A stretch of 38,893 nt of DNA from Octopus sinensis (lineage: Eukaryota). The position numbers and the translations under genes were made by a program. The DNA lies in contig NW_021835517.1 of assembly GCF_006345805.1 (NCBI RefSeq), forward strand, positions 1 to 38,893, written 5' to 3'. The notes under the pieces were generated by a model that ran no database searches, had not been told where the DNA came from, and saw nothing but the letters and a program-made list of their open reading frames with translations. Within the stretch, counting starts at the first letter, position 1, and every line of letters starts with the position of its first letter. This document shows positions 12,021-23,426 of the stretch, one piece after another.

Positions 12021-12595
12021 GACCTATATATTTATACATACACACTCACACCCACTTACGCACACACACACATATAGTTCAAATACACGTACATATACAT
12101 ACATACATACATACATACATACATACATACATACATACATACATACATACATACACAGACACACACACACACGGATGCACACACATATATACATACACAT
12201 ACATACGATCATTTACTTTTCTGTGCATCGAATACAGTTTTTGTACATCTATATCGCATTCTATACTTATATGACTTAGTTTTTGTGAATCCAACCACAC
12301 ACACTCTCTCCCTCCCTCCCTCCCCCCCTCCCCCTCTCTCTCTCTCTCTCTCTCTCTCTCACATATACACATATATAAATACCCACCCCACATATTCACT
12401 ACCTTTCTTCCTACACATACATAATTATTTTTCAAAATTCTCCAAGAAGAAAAGACTTGATTAAAGCTGTCAAAGTAATTAGCTGGAGATAGTTGATCAC
12501 TTGACGTTAAAGCCAGATAGATTCTGACAACGTTAAAATGAATGACGTTTCAACAACATAACCTTGACGTTCAACTAACTGTGCTTTGCTAATTA

Positions 12596-12659
<64 letters not shown>

Positions 12660-12774
12660 CATTAAAGCAAAAAAAAAAAAAAAAGAGAGAGCCATTGTTA
12701 TCAAGAGAATGATATTTCGGCATCTAGTGTGCCTTCCACAGGTTCAAAAAATATACTTGTCAATTTACTTCATT

Positions 12775-12855
<81 letters not shown>

Positions 12856-12968
12856 CATTAAAGCAAAAAGAAAAAAAGAAGAGAGCCATTGTTATCAAGA
12901 GAATGATATTTCGGCATCTAGTGTGCCTTCCACAGGTTCAAAAAATATACTTGTCAATTTACTTCATT

Positions 12969-12973
<5 letters not shown>
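12660..12973. repeat. Tandem duplication of a ~120-bp unit (12660-12780 and 12856-12973) with ATT spacer
   Basis: ~95-bp core GAGAGCCATTGTTATCAAGAG..CATTTTTGTT identical in both; only the A-tract differs. Confidence 0.9.
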
Positions 12974-13055
<82 letters not shown>

Positions 13056-13058
<3 letters not shown>

Positions 13059-13761
13059 TAGTTTTATTTTTATAGCGTGCTTTCACTTCACTACCGAGCG
13101 CAGCTCTGTGTGCCTTGGGTATGTGCTGTGATTTGTTGTGATGCTCTGATGGTTATTGTATGGAAAGTGTTCTGCGTAGGATGTGTGCAGTGCCTAGTAG
13201 TGCAATTTTCTGTATGTTATATGTGTTTGTAAGTCCTGGTGTTTTTGTTATGTATTTGTCTGAATATTTTTTTATCATGCCTAATACACCTACTATGATA
13301 GGAATTGTTTCTGTTTTCAGGTTCCACATTCTAGTTACCTCTATTTCCAGGTCTTTGTATTTTGAGAGTTTCTCCATTTCTTTTAGAGACACGTTGTCAT
13401 CTGCCGGTATTGATACATCAATTAGAAAGCATGTCTTTTCTTCATGATCTCTGACAACTATATCTGGTCTGTTGGCCTTAATTTCTCTATCTGTGTGTAT
13501 CGGCATATCCCAGAGTATGGTTGCTTTCTCGTTTTCTGTGACCTTTTCTGGAGTGTGCCTATACCATCTTTTTTCTGTTGTTATTCCATAATGTTGGCAT
13601 AGCTTCCAATGTATGTAGGTTCCAACTCTGTCATGTCTGTGAATATATTCCTTCTTAGCCAGGACTGGGCAGCTAGAGATAATATGATTTATTGTTTCTT
13701 GTCCATCTCCACATATTCTGCAGTTACTTGTGTCCATCTCCACATATTCTGCAGTTACTTG
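13056..13761 (-). mobile_element. 5'-truncated R4/Dong-clade non-LTR retrotransposon (zinc knuckle plus restriction-like endonuclease plus 3'UTR)
   Basis: Open frame CRICG..ETINHIISSC..RHD..WDMPIHTD..NRPDIVV..LIDVSIP..EKLSKYKDL..LLGTAHILRR; flanked by (TAA)n in element sense. Confidence 0.9.
13153..13728 (-). pseudogene. RLE-domain fragment (CCHC zinc knuckle, PD..D..K nuclease) of the R4/Dong element, about 190 codons uninterrupted
   Basis: ORF track 13153..13743; its Met start arises from a 31-bp junction duplication. Confidence 0.85.
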
Positions 13762-13774
13762 TTATTATTATTAC

Positions 13775-13868
<94 letters not shown>

Positions 13869-13870
<2 letters not shown>

Positions 13871-14069
13871 TATTGTATTTGCACAGCTTCTAACGCTGGA
13901 GATGTACTACGGTGTCAGGTGTTCACTACAAGTGAACTAAGGTAACACTCCTTATTTTCCGGAGTTTTCGAGCAGTCCCAAGCAGTGCTGTTTTCTGCAA
14001 GTGCTCCACCCTTGTTGCAGCCCCTAGTTATTCCATGTACTTCTCAAGATTTTTACTCACTGTTCCCAG

Positions 14070-14071
<2 letters not shown>
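13869..14071 (-). mobile_element. Second, different R4/Dong-type 3' end (last ~38 codons plus 3'UTR)
   Basis: Manual translation LGTVSKNLEKYME*LGAATRVEHLQKTALLGTARKLRK aligns to the C-terminus of the 13153 ORF; 3'UTR unrelated. Confidence 0.75.
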
Positions 14072-14139
<68 letters not shown>

Positions 14140-14141
<2 letters not shown>

Positions 14142-14992
14142 TCTACATTTCTCTGAAGGAGAGATACGGTAGCAGTACTAGGTATTAATATTTATCGCCA
14201 AGCGAACGTGGCAGTCCAGAGAAATTGGACGAATGCTGCCGTTAATTAGCTCCAAGAGGCCATCGCCTCTAGCTAGTTATGTGACACACAAATCTGCATC
14301 CACAACTCCTTGTAACAGGGGAGGTCATCAACTTGCCTTTGCTGGTTCAGCATCCACAGACCGGTTTCGGGGTATTTGCCCCTTATCAATATGGATATGC
14401 TAAACCCAGCAGGCATCGCTGTTCGAAGATTTATTTATATATATTCAGTAGAGCACATTCATTGATTTTCAAAAATAGAAATATTATCTCTCTCTATATA
14501 AATGGCAGTTTGTCTGTCTGTGTGTCTGTGAGGTTGTACCCTCACCCTGACCACGGCTTTCAACTGATTCTGATGAAACTTGACACACACATAGCCCAAT
14601 GTCATAATTCAAAACTAACGCAGCGAAAATTTTGAAAAGTTCCCCCAGTTCTGAAAAAAATTGATAAATTCGACATGGGGTCGAGAATCTAAGCTTTTTA
14701 TATGCAACACATTTTCTGTCTAGGGGACACAACTCGACCTTTTTATCGCCCAAAGGTACAGCTAGGAACATCGTATGCACAGAAGTATTCGAGTGAAGAG
14801 AAGACATTGCAACCTACACATGCGCCTTCGTTCCCTAGAGGGAAAGGACTAGATTGGGATTAGTCGTTGCCTACTAGGGGCTCTTACATACCCGGGCAAC
14901 GCCGGGCTATGCTGCTAGTCAATTTCTAAATCCCTCTAAAGGAGAGATACGGCAGCAGTACTGGGTATTAATATTTATCGCCAAGCAAACGT
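14140..14992 (+). repeat. ~70-bp direct repeat pair (14140-14209, 14922-14992)
   Basis: 54-bp core AAGGAGAGATACGGYAGCAGTACTRGGTATTAATATTTATCGCCAAGCRAACGT with 3 transitions. Confidence 0.9.
14487..14918 (+). mobile_element. Non-autonomous Helitron
   Basis: 5' TC after A, (TCTG)-type subterminal repeat, 3' hairpin CCCGG-GCAACG-CCGGG (14891-14906) then CTAG (14915-14918) followed by T; no TSD. Confidence 0.65.
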
Positions 14993-15009
14993 TATTATTA
15001 TCATTATTT

Positions 15010-15195
15010 AAGGCGGCGACCTGGCAGAATCGTTACCACGCCGAGCAAAATGCTTAATGCATTTTCACCGAAGTCGACTTTGCCGTTCATCTTTTCGAGT
15101 TCGATAAAATACGCACCAGCTGAGCACTAGGGTCGATGTAATCGATTTTCCGCCTCAGAAATTGCTAGCCTTGTGTCAAAATTTGAAATCAATAT
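15010..15195 (+). mobile_element. SINE family B, diverged
   Basis: AAGGCGGCGACCTGGCAGAATCGTT..GTCGACTTTGCC..GGTCGATGTAATCGA, homologous to 27228-27465. Confidence 0.8.
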
Positions 15196-15305
15196 ATATG
15201 TATGTATGAGTGTGTGTGTATGTGTATGTATATACATGTATGTATGTATATCTATGCATGTGTGTATGTACATAGACATCTATCTATCAAGATAGCTAGC
15301 TACCT

Positions 15306-15646
15306 ACTCTTTTACTCTTTTACTTGTTTCAGTCATTTGACTGTGGCCATGCTGGAGCACCACCTTTAGTCGAGCAAATCGACCCCAGGACTTATTCTTT
15401 GTAAGCCTAGTACTTATTCTATCGGTCTCTTTTGTCAAACACACCAGCATCGATTGTCAAGCGATGTTGGGGGGACAAATACAGACACACAAACATATAT
15501 ACTCACACGCATATATGTATACATATTTACGAAGGGCTTCTTTCAGTTTCCGTCTACCAAATCCACTCACAAGGCTTTGGTCGGCCCGAGGCTATAGTAG
15601 AAGACACTTGCTCAAGGTGCCACGCAGTGGGACTGAACCCGGAACC
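15306..15646 (-). mobile_element. SINE family A, lacking extreme 5' end
   Basis: High identity to reverse complement of 3995-4393. Confidence 0.9.
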
Positions 15647-16975
15647 TACCTATATACCTTCACACACATATTTTCCATTCCAGAGCAACGATATATGAAG
15701 TGGAACGTTGCCAACCAAGTATCGAAACCGAAGCCATTTAATTACTGGTTGAAGATCTTAGTTTATTTGTTTGTTGTTGCAGAATTGTTAGAAAGTCGTA
15801 TAAAATTCAAGATGTCTCGCGATATTTCTTCATGTTTTTTACGTTCTGCTCCTTTTTTTTTGTTGTTGTTTGATCTCAGGTCAGCTCTCATCGAGTACAA
15901 ACATAATTGTTGGTGTTGATGCTTTTTTAACCCCAGATTCAACCCTGATTAAACATTACAATGGATTTCATTTATCACTATGGCAACCGTGACCGAAGAG
16001 AAACCTAGTTGCTGTTGTTTCACACAGAACCACGCCTGATTCTTGCAGAAGTCTACTACAAAGTCCTAATACTCTCTTGTGCCTCCTCCATCTTCCTTTC
16101 CCAGGACATCATATTATTTTTTCTGAAGCGTTTGGTTCTTGAAATAGTTTAAAATCCACATTGGTAGTACCGAAGGAGAGAACACATTTGAAAGCTATAG
16201 TCTTTATTATACACATGTCACCTCTTAAATGACGATCCTATAGCACATTATGATATGTATTGGAGTGAAACGTGATATGACGGTCAGGTCTCATAGATTT
16301 TTCGTCGGCAGTCCATTCTGTTACTTTTGTAGTTTGTAGATTCTGCTGGTGAGTGTAGCTACTTCAAGTTTAGGTGAAATAACCCCGCATTAATAAGACA
16401 TGATTACACTTCTCTCTGTAAATTTGCGAACCGCACATTATTCTTCATGCATTTCATTGCTGTAAATGTCGCGAATCAGTACCGGATCACACGGAAAAGT
16501 TACCTGCGTCATATGTAGGAGGGGGGAAATTTTTTTCTCATATACTTAATTCCACATAAATCGAATGCAAGTCCCGTTCCGGTGGATCCTTAGGAATCAT
16601 TAAAATAGCTCGACATTGAACCCTGGAATTTGTGACAGAACAATCGTCCTCCGTTTTTAAATGGAAAAAAAAAAAACCCTCGCTATACTGGTGAATAAGG
16701 AGAGGAAGATGAAACGTGGGATATTCATGCCTTTGGGTTAAGTGATATCAGGGGAAGGAAAAAAATCCAAATAGACAATAAACCTTAGGATATTGAAACC
16801 ATACCGCAGGCTTGGCTGATCAGGAATTTACAATACTTGGGTAAGCGTTAAAATATACACATACAGGCATTCATCATACACACACACATGAAGACACGCA
16901 CACATACATGTGTATGTATATATATTTGCATGCAAGCACAGATATGTGTGCATGTATGTATGTATATATGTTTAT

Positions 16976-17455
16976 GTCAGGTCACTTTCGAGTGCTACTG
17001 GTAACATGTAACCCACTACAACCTGTTGCATGGTCGGGTCGTCGGCGACTAAACCGGCAACCCCACCAAGCTTGCTTGGTGACGAGGGTGTTTATTGGAC
17101 ACCCTGCGGGATGAAAAACAAAACCCGTCAAAGGGCAGAGAAACTCTTGAGAGTCAACGGCCATCCAATAAATGTCTTAAGGCTGTATCATGTGCGGGGA
17201 CTTAGAAATAATTGGACTGAATACCCGATCGCGCGGTTAAACCATTGGGAGTGAAGGACTCCTAGCCTTTGTTAGGGCATCCTTCTAGGAGAAGGTAACT
17301 CAGGTAACTGGGATAACTCCGACATAAAACCTGCGGCTCAGTGGTTACCGATGATGTTGACTTGTTCTTCTTTTCGGATTATGGCTGCTGTTGCTTAGGG
17401 AGTGGGATTGACTCAGTGCACAGCCTTTCCTTACTTTAAAAAAAAATCTTCTTGC
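16976..17455 (+). mobile_element. Probable 5'UTR region of an RTE-clade LINE
   Basis: GC-rich, structured; contains GGCAACCCCACC and TCTAGGAGAAGGTAACTC resembling RTE 5'UTR motifs; first ~135 bp recur inverted at 25271-25420. Confidence 0.5.
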
Positions 17456-17558
17456 ACAGGCATTGCACGATAACAACATTGATTAAACTTCGTGCAATGG
17501 CCATACTCGATAACGAGGGGGCAGCCACCATGTATGTATGTATGTATATATGTATATA

Positions 17559-17593
<35 letters not shown>

Positions 17594-17691
17594 GTCTATG
17601 GATTCTACCTTGGGTCAATTTTTTGAAGGTAATTAATCTTTAGTTGATAAAGTGCTGACGAGGTGATCATCGCTTGGATTATACTTATCCT

Positions 17692-17747
<56 letters not shown>

Positions 17748-18047
17748 CACAAATATATGCACACTCACACACACGCACGCACACACACACATATATATAT
17801 GCATATATATGCATGCATATATAAATGTATTGCAAACACACACGCGCACACACATACACACACTTATACATACATGCACATACACATAGATTCACATTTA
17901 TTTCCATTTCCTCTCCTACCATCATCATCATCATCACCATCATGATCATTTCACTGAAACCACAACCAGCATTACCAGCTCCTCTCACAATCCCCCACCC
18001 CACCCCACCACTACCACCACCACAAGCAATCCCTACCTCTACACAAG

Positions 18048-18140
<93 letters not shown>

Positions 18141-18499
18141 GAGACACAGACACAGAATCTGAGACACACCGCCTCTGCCCCTCTCTCTGATTTCCTCCCC
18201 CACCCCGCCTCATCTCCGCCACCCCCCACTACACAAGTGCTCCTTGTTGATACTCTCGACTAATTGCTACCAATTACCGAGCCGTTTCGTTAGATGGATT
18301 GTTATGTGTAGGTCAAGTGATCCCTTGGATTTTTCGTCTTCCCCAACGCACTCGGCCAACCTCACAAGACTCGCCTCCTCCTCTCTCTAGCTCCTCTCAC
18401 CAAACCCTCAACTTAGCAACAACAACAACAACAACAATAACAACAACAAGCGATCCCTTTTTCTAAACCCGGGCATTTGTTTTTATATTAAATCATCAC

Positions 18500-19270
18500 C
18501 ACGACCGAAGATGGCGACGTCTACCACCGTCACTACCACCACCATCATCACTATCAGCATCACCAACACCTGCGCCATCATAACCATCACCACCACCACC
18601 ACCACCACCACTTCCACCACCAACATCAGCCTCAACATGTCATTATATTCAGCATTTTTATCACCACCACCATCATCATCATCATCATCATCATCATCAC
18701 CACCACCATCATCATCATCATCATCGGTGTCCTCCTCCTCTTCCATCCTATCATTGTTGCTGACGTCGTCTTCCTTCCTCATCACCATCACCTCAACGCC
18801 CCCTTCTCCATCTTCCCCTTCCACTCCCCTCCATCTTCCTCTTCCCCTCCTCCTCCTCTATCCCCCTTCTCCTCTCTCTCCCCCACTCCGCTTCTCCTCT
18901 TCTTCTTCTTCTTCCCCTCCTCTTCCTCACCTCCTCCTCTTCTCCCACCTCCTCATTTCCCCGACTACCACCCACAACACTATTCTCTCCACCACCACCA
19001 CCACCACTACCCCCCCACCACGAGCAACATTCCCACCATCACCACCACCACCACCACCACCACCACCACCACCACCACCACCACGAGCAATATTCCCACC
19101 ATCATTCTCATCATTATCGTCTTAGGACAGAATCATCTTGAAAATTTTTTTTCGCTATTTCTTTCTATTGTTGTTGTTCTTTGTCTTTTCGTTCTACTAC
19201 TCTTACTACCACCACTCACCACTCACCACCACCACCACCACCACTTCCACCACCACCTCTACCACCATCT
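18500..19270. repeat. Medley of (CAC)n, (CAT)n, (CTC)n, (CTT)n trinucleotide repeats
   Basis: Direct reading. Confidence 0.9.
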
Positions 19271-19405
19271 TGAAACTCATTTATTTATCTATTTATGTCA
19301 CCCCGACCCCCATACACTGCGGCATCCTTCATGACTCCCCCCCCACACTACTTCCAATTATGGGAACTTCACAGCTAACTGAAATAACACTTGAGATTAC
19401 TTCTC

Positions 19406-19440
<35 letters not shown>

Positions 19441-19477
19441 AAACACAGACACATGTATATGTGTACATATATGTGTA

Positions 19478-19565
<88 letters not shown>

Positions 19566-19584
19566 ATGTATCTCTCTCTCTCTC

Positions 19585-19620
<36 letters not shown>

Positions 19621-20229
19621 GCATATATATGTGTGTGTGCATATATATAGATATATATATATATATGAGACCACTGTAAAACTCTGCATTGTTAGAAGCT
19701 TTCTTTATTTTCCCTTTCTTTCATTTTCTACTTATATGTATATGTGTATGTGTGTGTGTGTGTGTGTTCGTATAAATAGTTAGTTTTTTCTAGTTTCACC
19801 TGTTTTATAAGAATTTGTGTGGCTTATTTAATTCCGCCTAAACTTTACTTATCACCCGCCAAACCGACCCGTGGTACATGCGCACAGGTGCGGAGTTCAG
19901 TGCGAGCATTGACCACAACTGTGTTTCTGAAAACTGGACGCAAAACATGCTTCAGCTGGTAAATGAATCATAAACCACATGATATGAACATTAAGTTGAA
20001 AAGCCATGCAATTAAAATCTGTATACTTCGAGCATAAAATATCTTCTTCAAATCTCATAAACAGGCACAGCTTCAACCCGTACTTGAAGCTTAAAAATTT
20101 TCTCAATGTACATCAAGAATGCATTTCTAATGTACATACAAGACTTTGGATCACTATAAATTAGTAGAATATGCTAATTAGTAAATTAGTAATTAATGAT
20201 TAATACTTTTAATTAAACTCATAACACGC

Positions 20230-20271
<42 letters not shown>

Positions 20272-20311
20272 TATATATATATATATATATTTGTATATAT
20301 ATATCTATTTG

Positions 20312-20343
<32 letters not shown>

Positions 20344-20376
20344 TGTATATATATATATATTTGTATTCTATTTGTA

Positions 20377-20408
<32 letters not shown>

Positions 20409-20973
20409 CAAATTGAGATAGGGGTTGTAAATGCAACCCTCCATGGGATAACATATATCCAATATACTACTAGTGAAGTACCCAACAAAGTTAATACATA
20501 AATGTTAATGATTGCGATGCAATCAATTCATTTACTGTATTATACGATATATATCCATACACTCATACACATCTATACATATATGATGAGCTTTTACACG
20601 GTTTTCGCCTACCAAATAAGATATAAACAGGTATTTCTATCAGTAGAGGTATTGTAACTGGCCTGCACAGATAAAGAAACTTGAGTTTTTGGAATCGGAA
20701 CTACTATAAATGACTAACAAGGGAAGTTTTAAAGCACATTTCAGCACATTTCATCATTTTCAGCAAAAATTCAAACCAGACATCATTGCTTATAAGACAT
20801 TTCGGAAAAAACTGCATCTACGACAAAAACGAAGAATTTTTACGAACTAGATAGTAAGCACTAAACTCTTGGACAATAAGATTAAAGAAACATACAACAA
20901 GGTTAACACGAAGACTTACGAAAAGTTTAATGATCTGAGACGGATTGTGGATCTTTTTTGTTCGGATTAAATA

Positions 20974-21305
20974 TGTATCATAAAAATTGTTCGAAAACAA
21001 TTATTCGAAAATAATTATTCGAAATAAATATCATTTGCATACTTGATTTTTAATTTTATCATTTTTGTTTAAATGAAATAAAAATAGTACGATTATATAT
21101 TTGTTGTGCAAGATTTTTTATGTGAAGTCGTGTGTTGAAACAGATATTGTTATATTTCGGAATGGTCATTTTGCCAGTTAGTATAATTAACATTTCGTAT
21201 AATTGTCCTTTTGAATAATTTTCATTCATACTATTTTTCATTCGAATAAATGTTTTTCGAATAATTGTTTTCGAACAATTATTTTCGAACAATGTTCACG
21301 TAATC
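20974..21305. mobile_element. Mutator-like foldback MITE
   Basis: Inverted ends built from ~14-bp AATTRTTCGAAAAY subrepeats; 9-bp GATTAAATA on both sides (20965-20973, 21306-21314). Confidence 0.55.
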
Positions 21306-21414
21306 GATTAAATACCTTATACATGTTCAAATAGAGATTCAAAATGTGAGAGCTAAGCTGTAGGACTACACTACGATGACGACTTGGTCTATCTCCGACA
21401 ATATTAAGTGATAT

Positions 21415-21612
21415 GAAGGCGACGAGCTGGCAGAATCGTGACTGCGCCGGGAAAATTGCTTAGCGGCATTTTGTCCGTCTTTACGCTCTGAGTTCAAATT
21501 CCACCGAGGTCGACTTTGCTTTTCATTCTTTCGGGGTCGATAATCTAAGTACCAGCTAATTGACTTGCTCCTTCTCCCAAAATTGCTGGCCTTGTGCTGA
21601 AATTTGAAACCA
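21415..21612 (+). mobile_element. SINE family B
   Basis: Homologous to 27228-27465. Confidence 0.8.
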
Positions 21613-21695
21613 AACCGATATTAACTAATATGACTCAGACAGTGAATACTGCATATCCGCCTACGCATATGCACACACGTGATCACACAGACACA

Positions 21696-21731
<36 letters not shown>

Positions 21732-22221
21732 GAAGAAGAAGAAGAAGAAGAAGAAGGAAAAGAAGTGAGTGAAATATAAGAGGTTGGACGAAGATGTAAA
21801 ATGACAAAGAATGAGACCTCTAAAGAACAAGTTCTAAAGAGAAGCCTTGTACACCAGTTCGAACCCAGCGGAAGGTGCAATTATGCAGGTACCACAATGG
21901 CAATATCATGTCTTTGAGATGCGATTCAAAGCGACATCCACACATCCCATCCACCTCCAGCGCCTCCGCCGTTAGCCACGATGTCGTTCTCTGCTCTCTG
22001 TGCCAGCCACCTGCTTCATCTAATCTGCTTATTCCCCTCTTGACAACGAATCGAAGATATATCCGGAAGGGACTTTCTTAACATCTCTCGAGAATAAATA
22101 GTACAGCATGAATTAATTTAAAATGAGATCAAAGTATCCTTCACTGTTCTACTTTCTAACTTCTTCCTCTCGTTCAATCTCTCCTTCACTTTCTTTTCTT
22201 TCTTTGTTTCTTTTTTTACTG

Positions 22222-22263
<42 letters not shown>

Positions 22264-22646
22264 AGTCTTGCCATCTCATTTACCCGAGTACTTCCCGCAG
22301 TTTCTCTTAAAAGTGAATCTACAGTTCTTGAAGATCCACTTTCGTTACCCTTAGCTTAATTATTTATTAAACAATGATACTTAATAACCCGGCTCTGTGT
22401 GTGTGTATGTATGTGTGTGTGTACGCGCGCGCGTGAGAGAGAGAGAGAGAACGTGAGAGAGAGAGAGAGAGAGACTTTTATTTGGTAGGATTTTGAAACG
22501 CAAACATTTTCTTTATCCAATCCTTTCACAACTTCATCCTGTCTTTGTTACTGAGTTACTACCATACTTTGTTGTTTTTAAACATACCTCTCTACGATTT
22601 GGGTGTGCGTGAGTTAAATCTCACTGGACATGCACACACAAATATG

Positions 22647-22684
<38 letters not shown>

Positions 22685-22765
22685 TGTATATATATATAAT
22701 TTTTTTTCGTAATGAGATAAAAAAACCCAAAGCTGTGTAGATATTAAAATATTTATAGATAGAAG

Positions 22766-22817
22766 GTCTTACAGCTGTTTCCAGGATATTTATTAATTAT
22801 ATCCCTTCATCGGAGAC
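22766..22817 (-). ncRNA. Type I hammerhead-like motif (U4C core variant)
   Basis: Reverse strand GTCT-CCGATGA-A-GGGATAT(9 nt)ATATCCT-G-GAAAC-AGCT-GTA-AGAC. Confidence 0.55.
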
Positions 22818-23129
22818 GGTGTGGGAGGATGGTTAAGTAATAATTAATTTAGATAAGATATAAAATAGAGAGTGAGGTGGAAGAAATAGATGTGAGATAC
22901 ATAGGGATATTGTATTTGTAGATCCATTTTTTTAAGGCAGAATGGTATACATATAAGATTCCAATACCTTACGAGTAAAATCCAATAGTATTTAAAATTG
23001 GTCATTCCAAGTATAGCGTTTATACACAGTGTTATTGAATCAAGGGTTTTATTTAAAGTGACCTAAAAATAGTGTATTAGTAGGAAGCCAGCCAACCGTC
23101 CGTCCATCCGTCCGTCTGTCTGTCTGTCT

Positions 23130-23131
23130 GT

Positions 23132-23201
<70 letters not shown>

Positions 23202-23230
23202 CTTTATCTATCTATCTATCTATCTATCTT
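23130..23230. repeat. (TCTA)n tetranucleotide repeat; similar tracts at about 25601-25690 and 31168-31230
   Basis: Direct reading. Confidence 0.9.
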
Positions 23231-23237
23231 TTATCGT

Positions 23238-23420
23238 ATTGCTGTCATTTGACTACGGCCATGCTATCGCACCGCCTTGAAGGATTTTAGCCAAACAAAT
23301 CGATTACGTGACTTATTTTTTTTAAAGATTAGTACTTATTCTATCGGTCACTTTGCCGAACCGTTATGTTACGGGGACGTAAACACACCAACACCGGTTG
23401 TTAAGCGGTGGTAGTGGGAA
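23238..23420 (-). mobile_element. SINE family A, 3' half
   Basis: Reverse complement of 3' half; abuts the mariner insertion. Confidence 0.75.
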
Positions 23421-23426
23421 TATATA

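Larger units (their letters stand above)
12593..14140. repeat. Compound (ATT)n/(GTT)n array hosting several insertions
   Basis: Long ATT tracts at about 12593-12659, 12778-12855, 12971-13055, 13762-13835 and 14071-14140, separated by complex inserts; GTT tract at about 13835-13868. Confidence 0.95.

Noticed and set aside
12593-14140. CRISPR-like repeat-spacer look of ATT tracts alternating with unique inserts
   Set aside because: Eukaryotic microsatellite with retrotransposon insertions; variable lengths and no cas genes.
14565-14590. CTGATGAAAC inside the Helitron
   Set aside because: No helix II between core and GAAA; ordinary Helitron internal sequence.
16105-16348. Longer exon from the strong acceptor at 16104 to the donor at 16349
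   Set aside because: All three frames stop within about 50 nt.
18511-19125. 204-aa Thr/Ser/Pro-rich ORF starting AAGATGGCG
   Set aside because: Built almost entirely from trinucleotide microsatellites; the good start context alone is not evidence of a gene.
21870-22080. GC-richer stretch with protein-like minus-strand reading (RAENDIVANGGGAGGGW)
   Set aside because: Stops flank it closely, no convincing splice sites, no recognisable domain.
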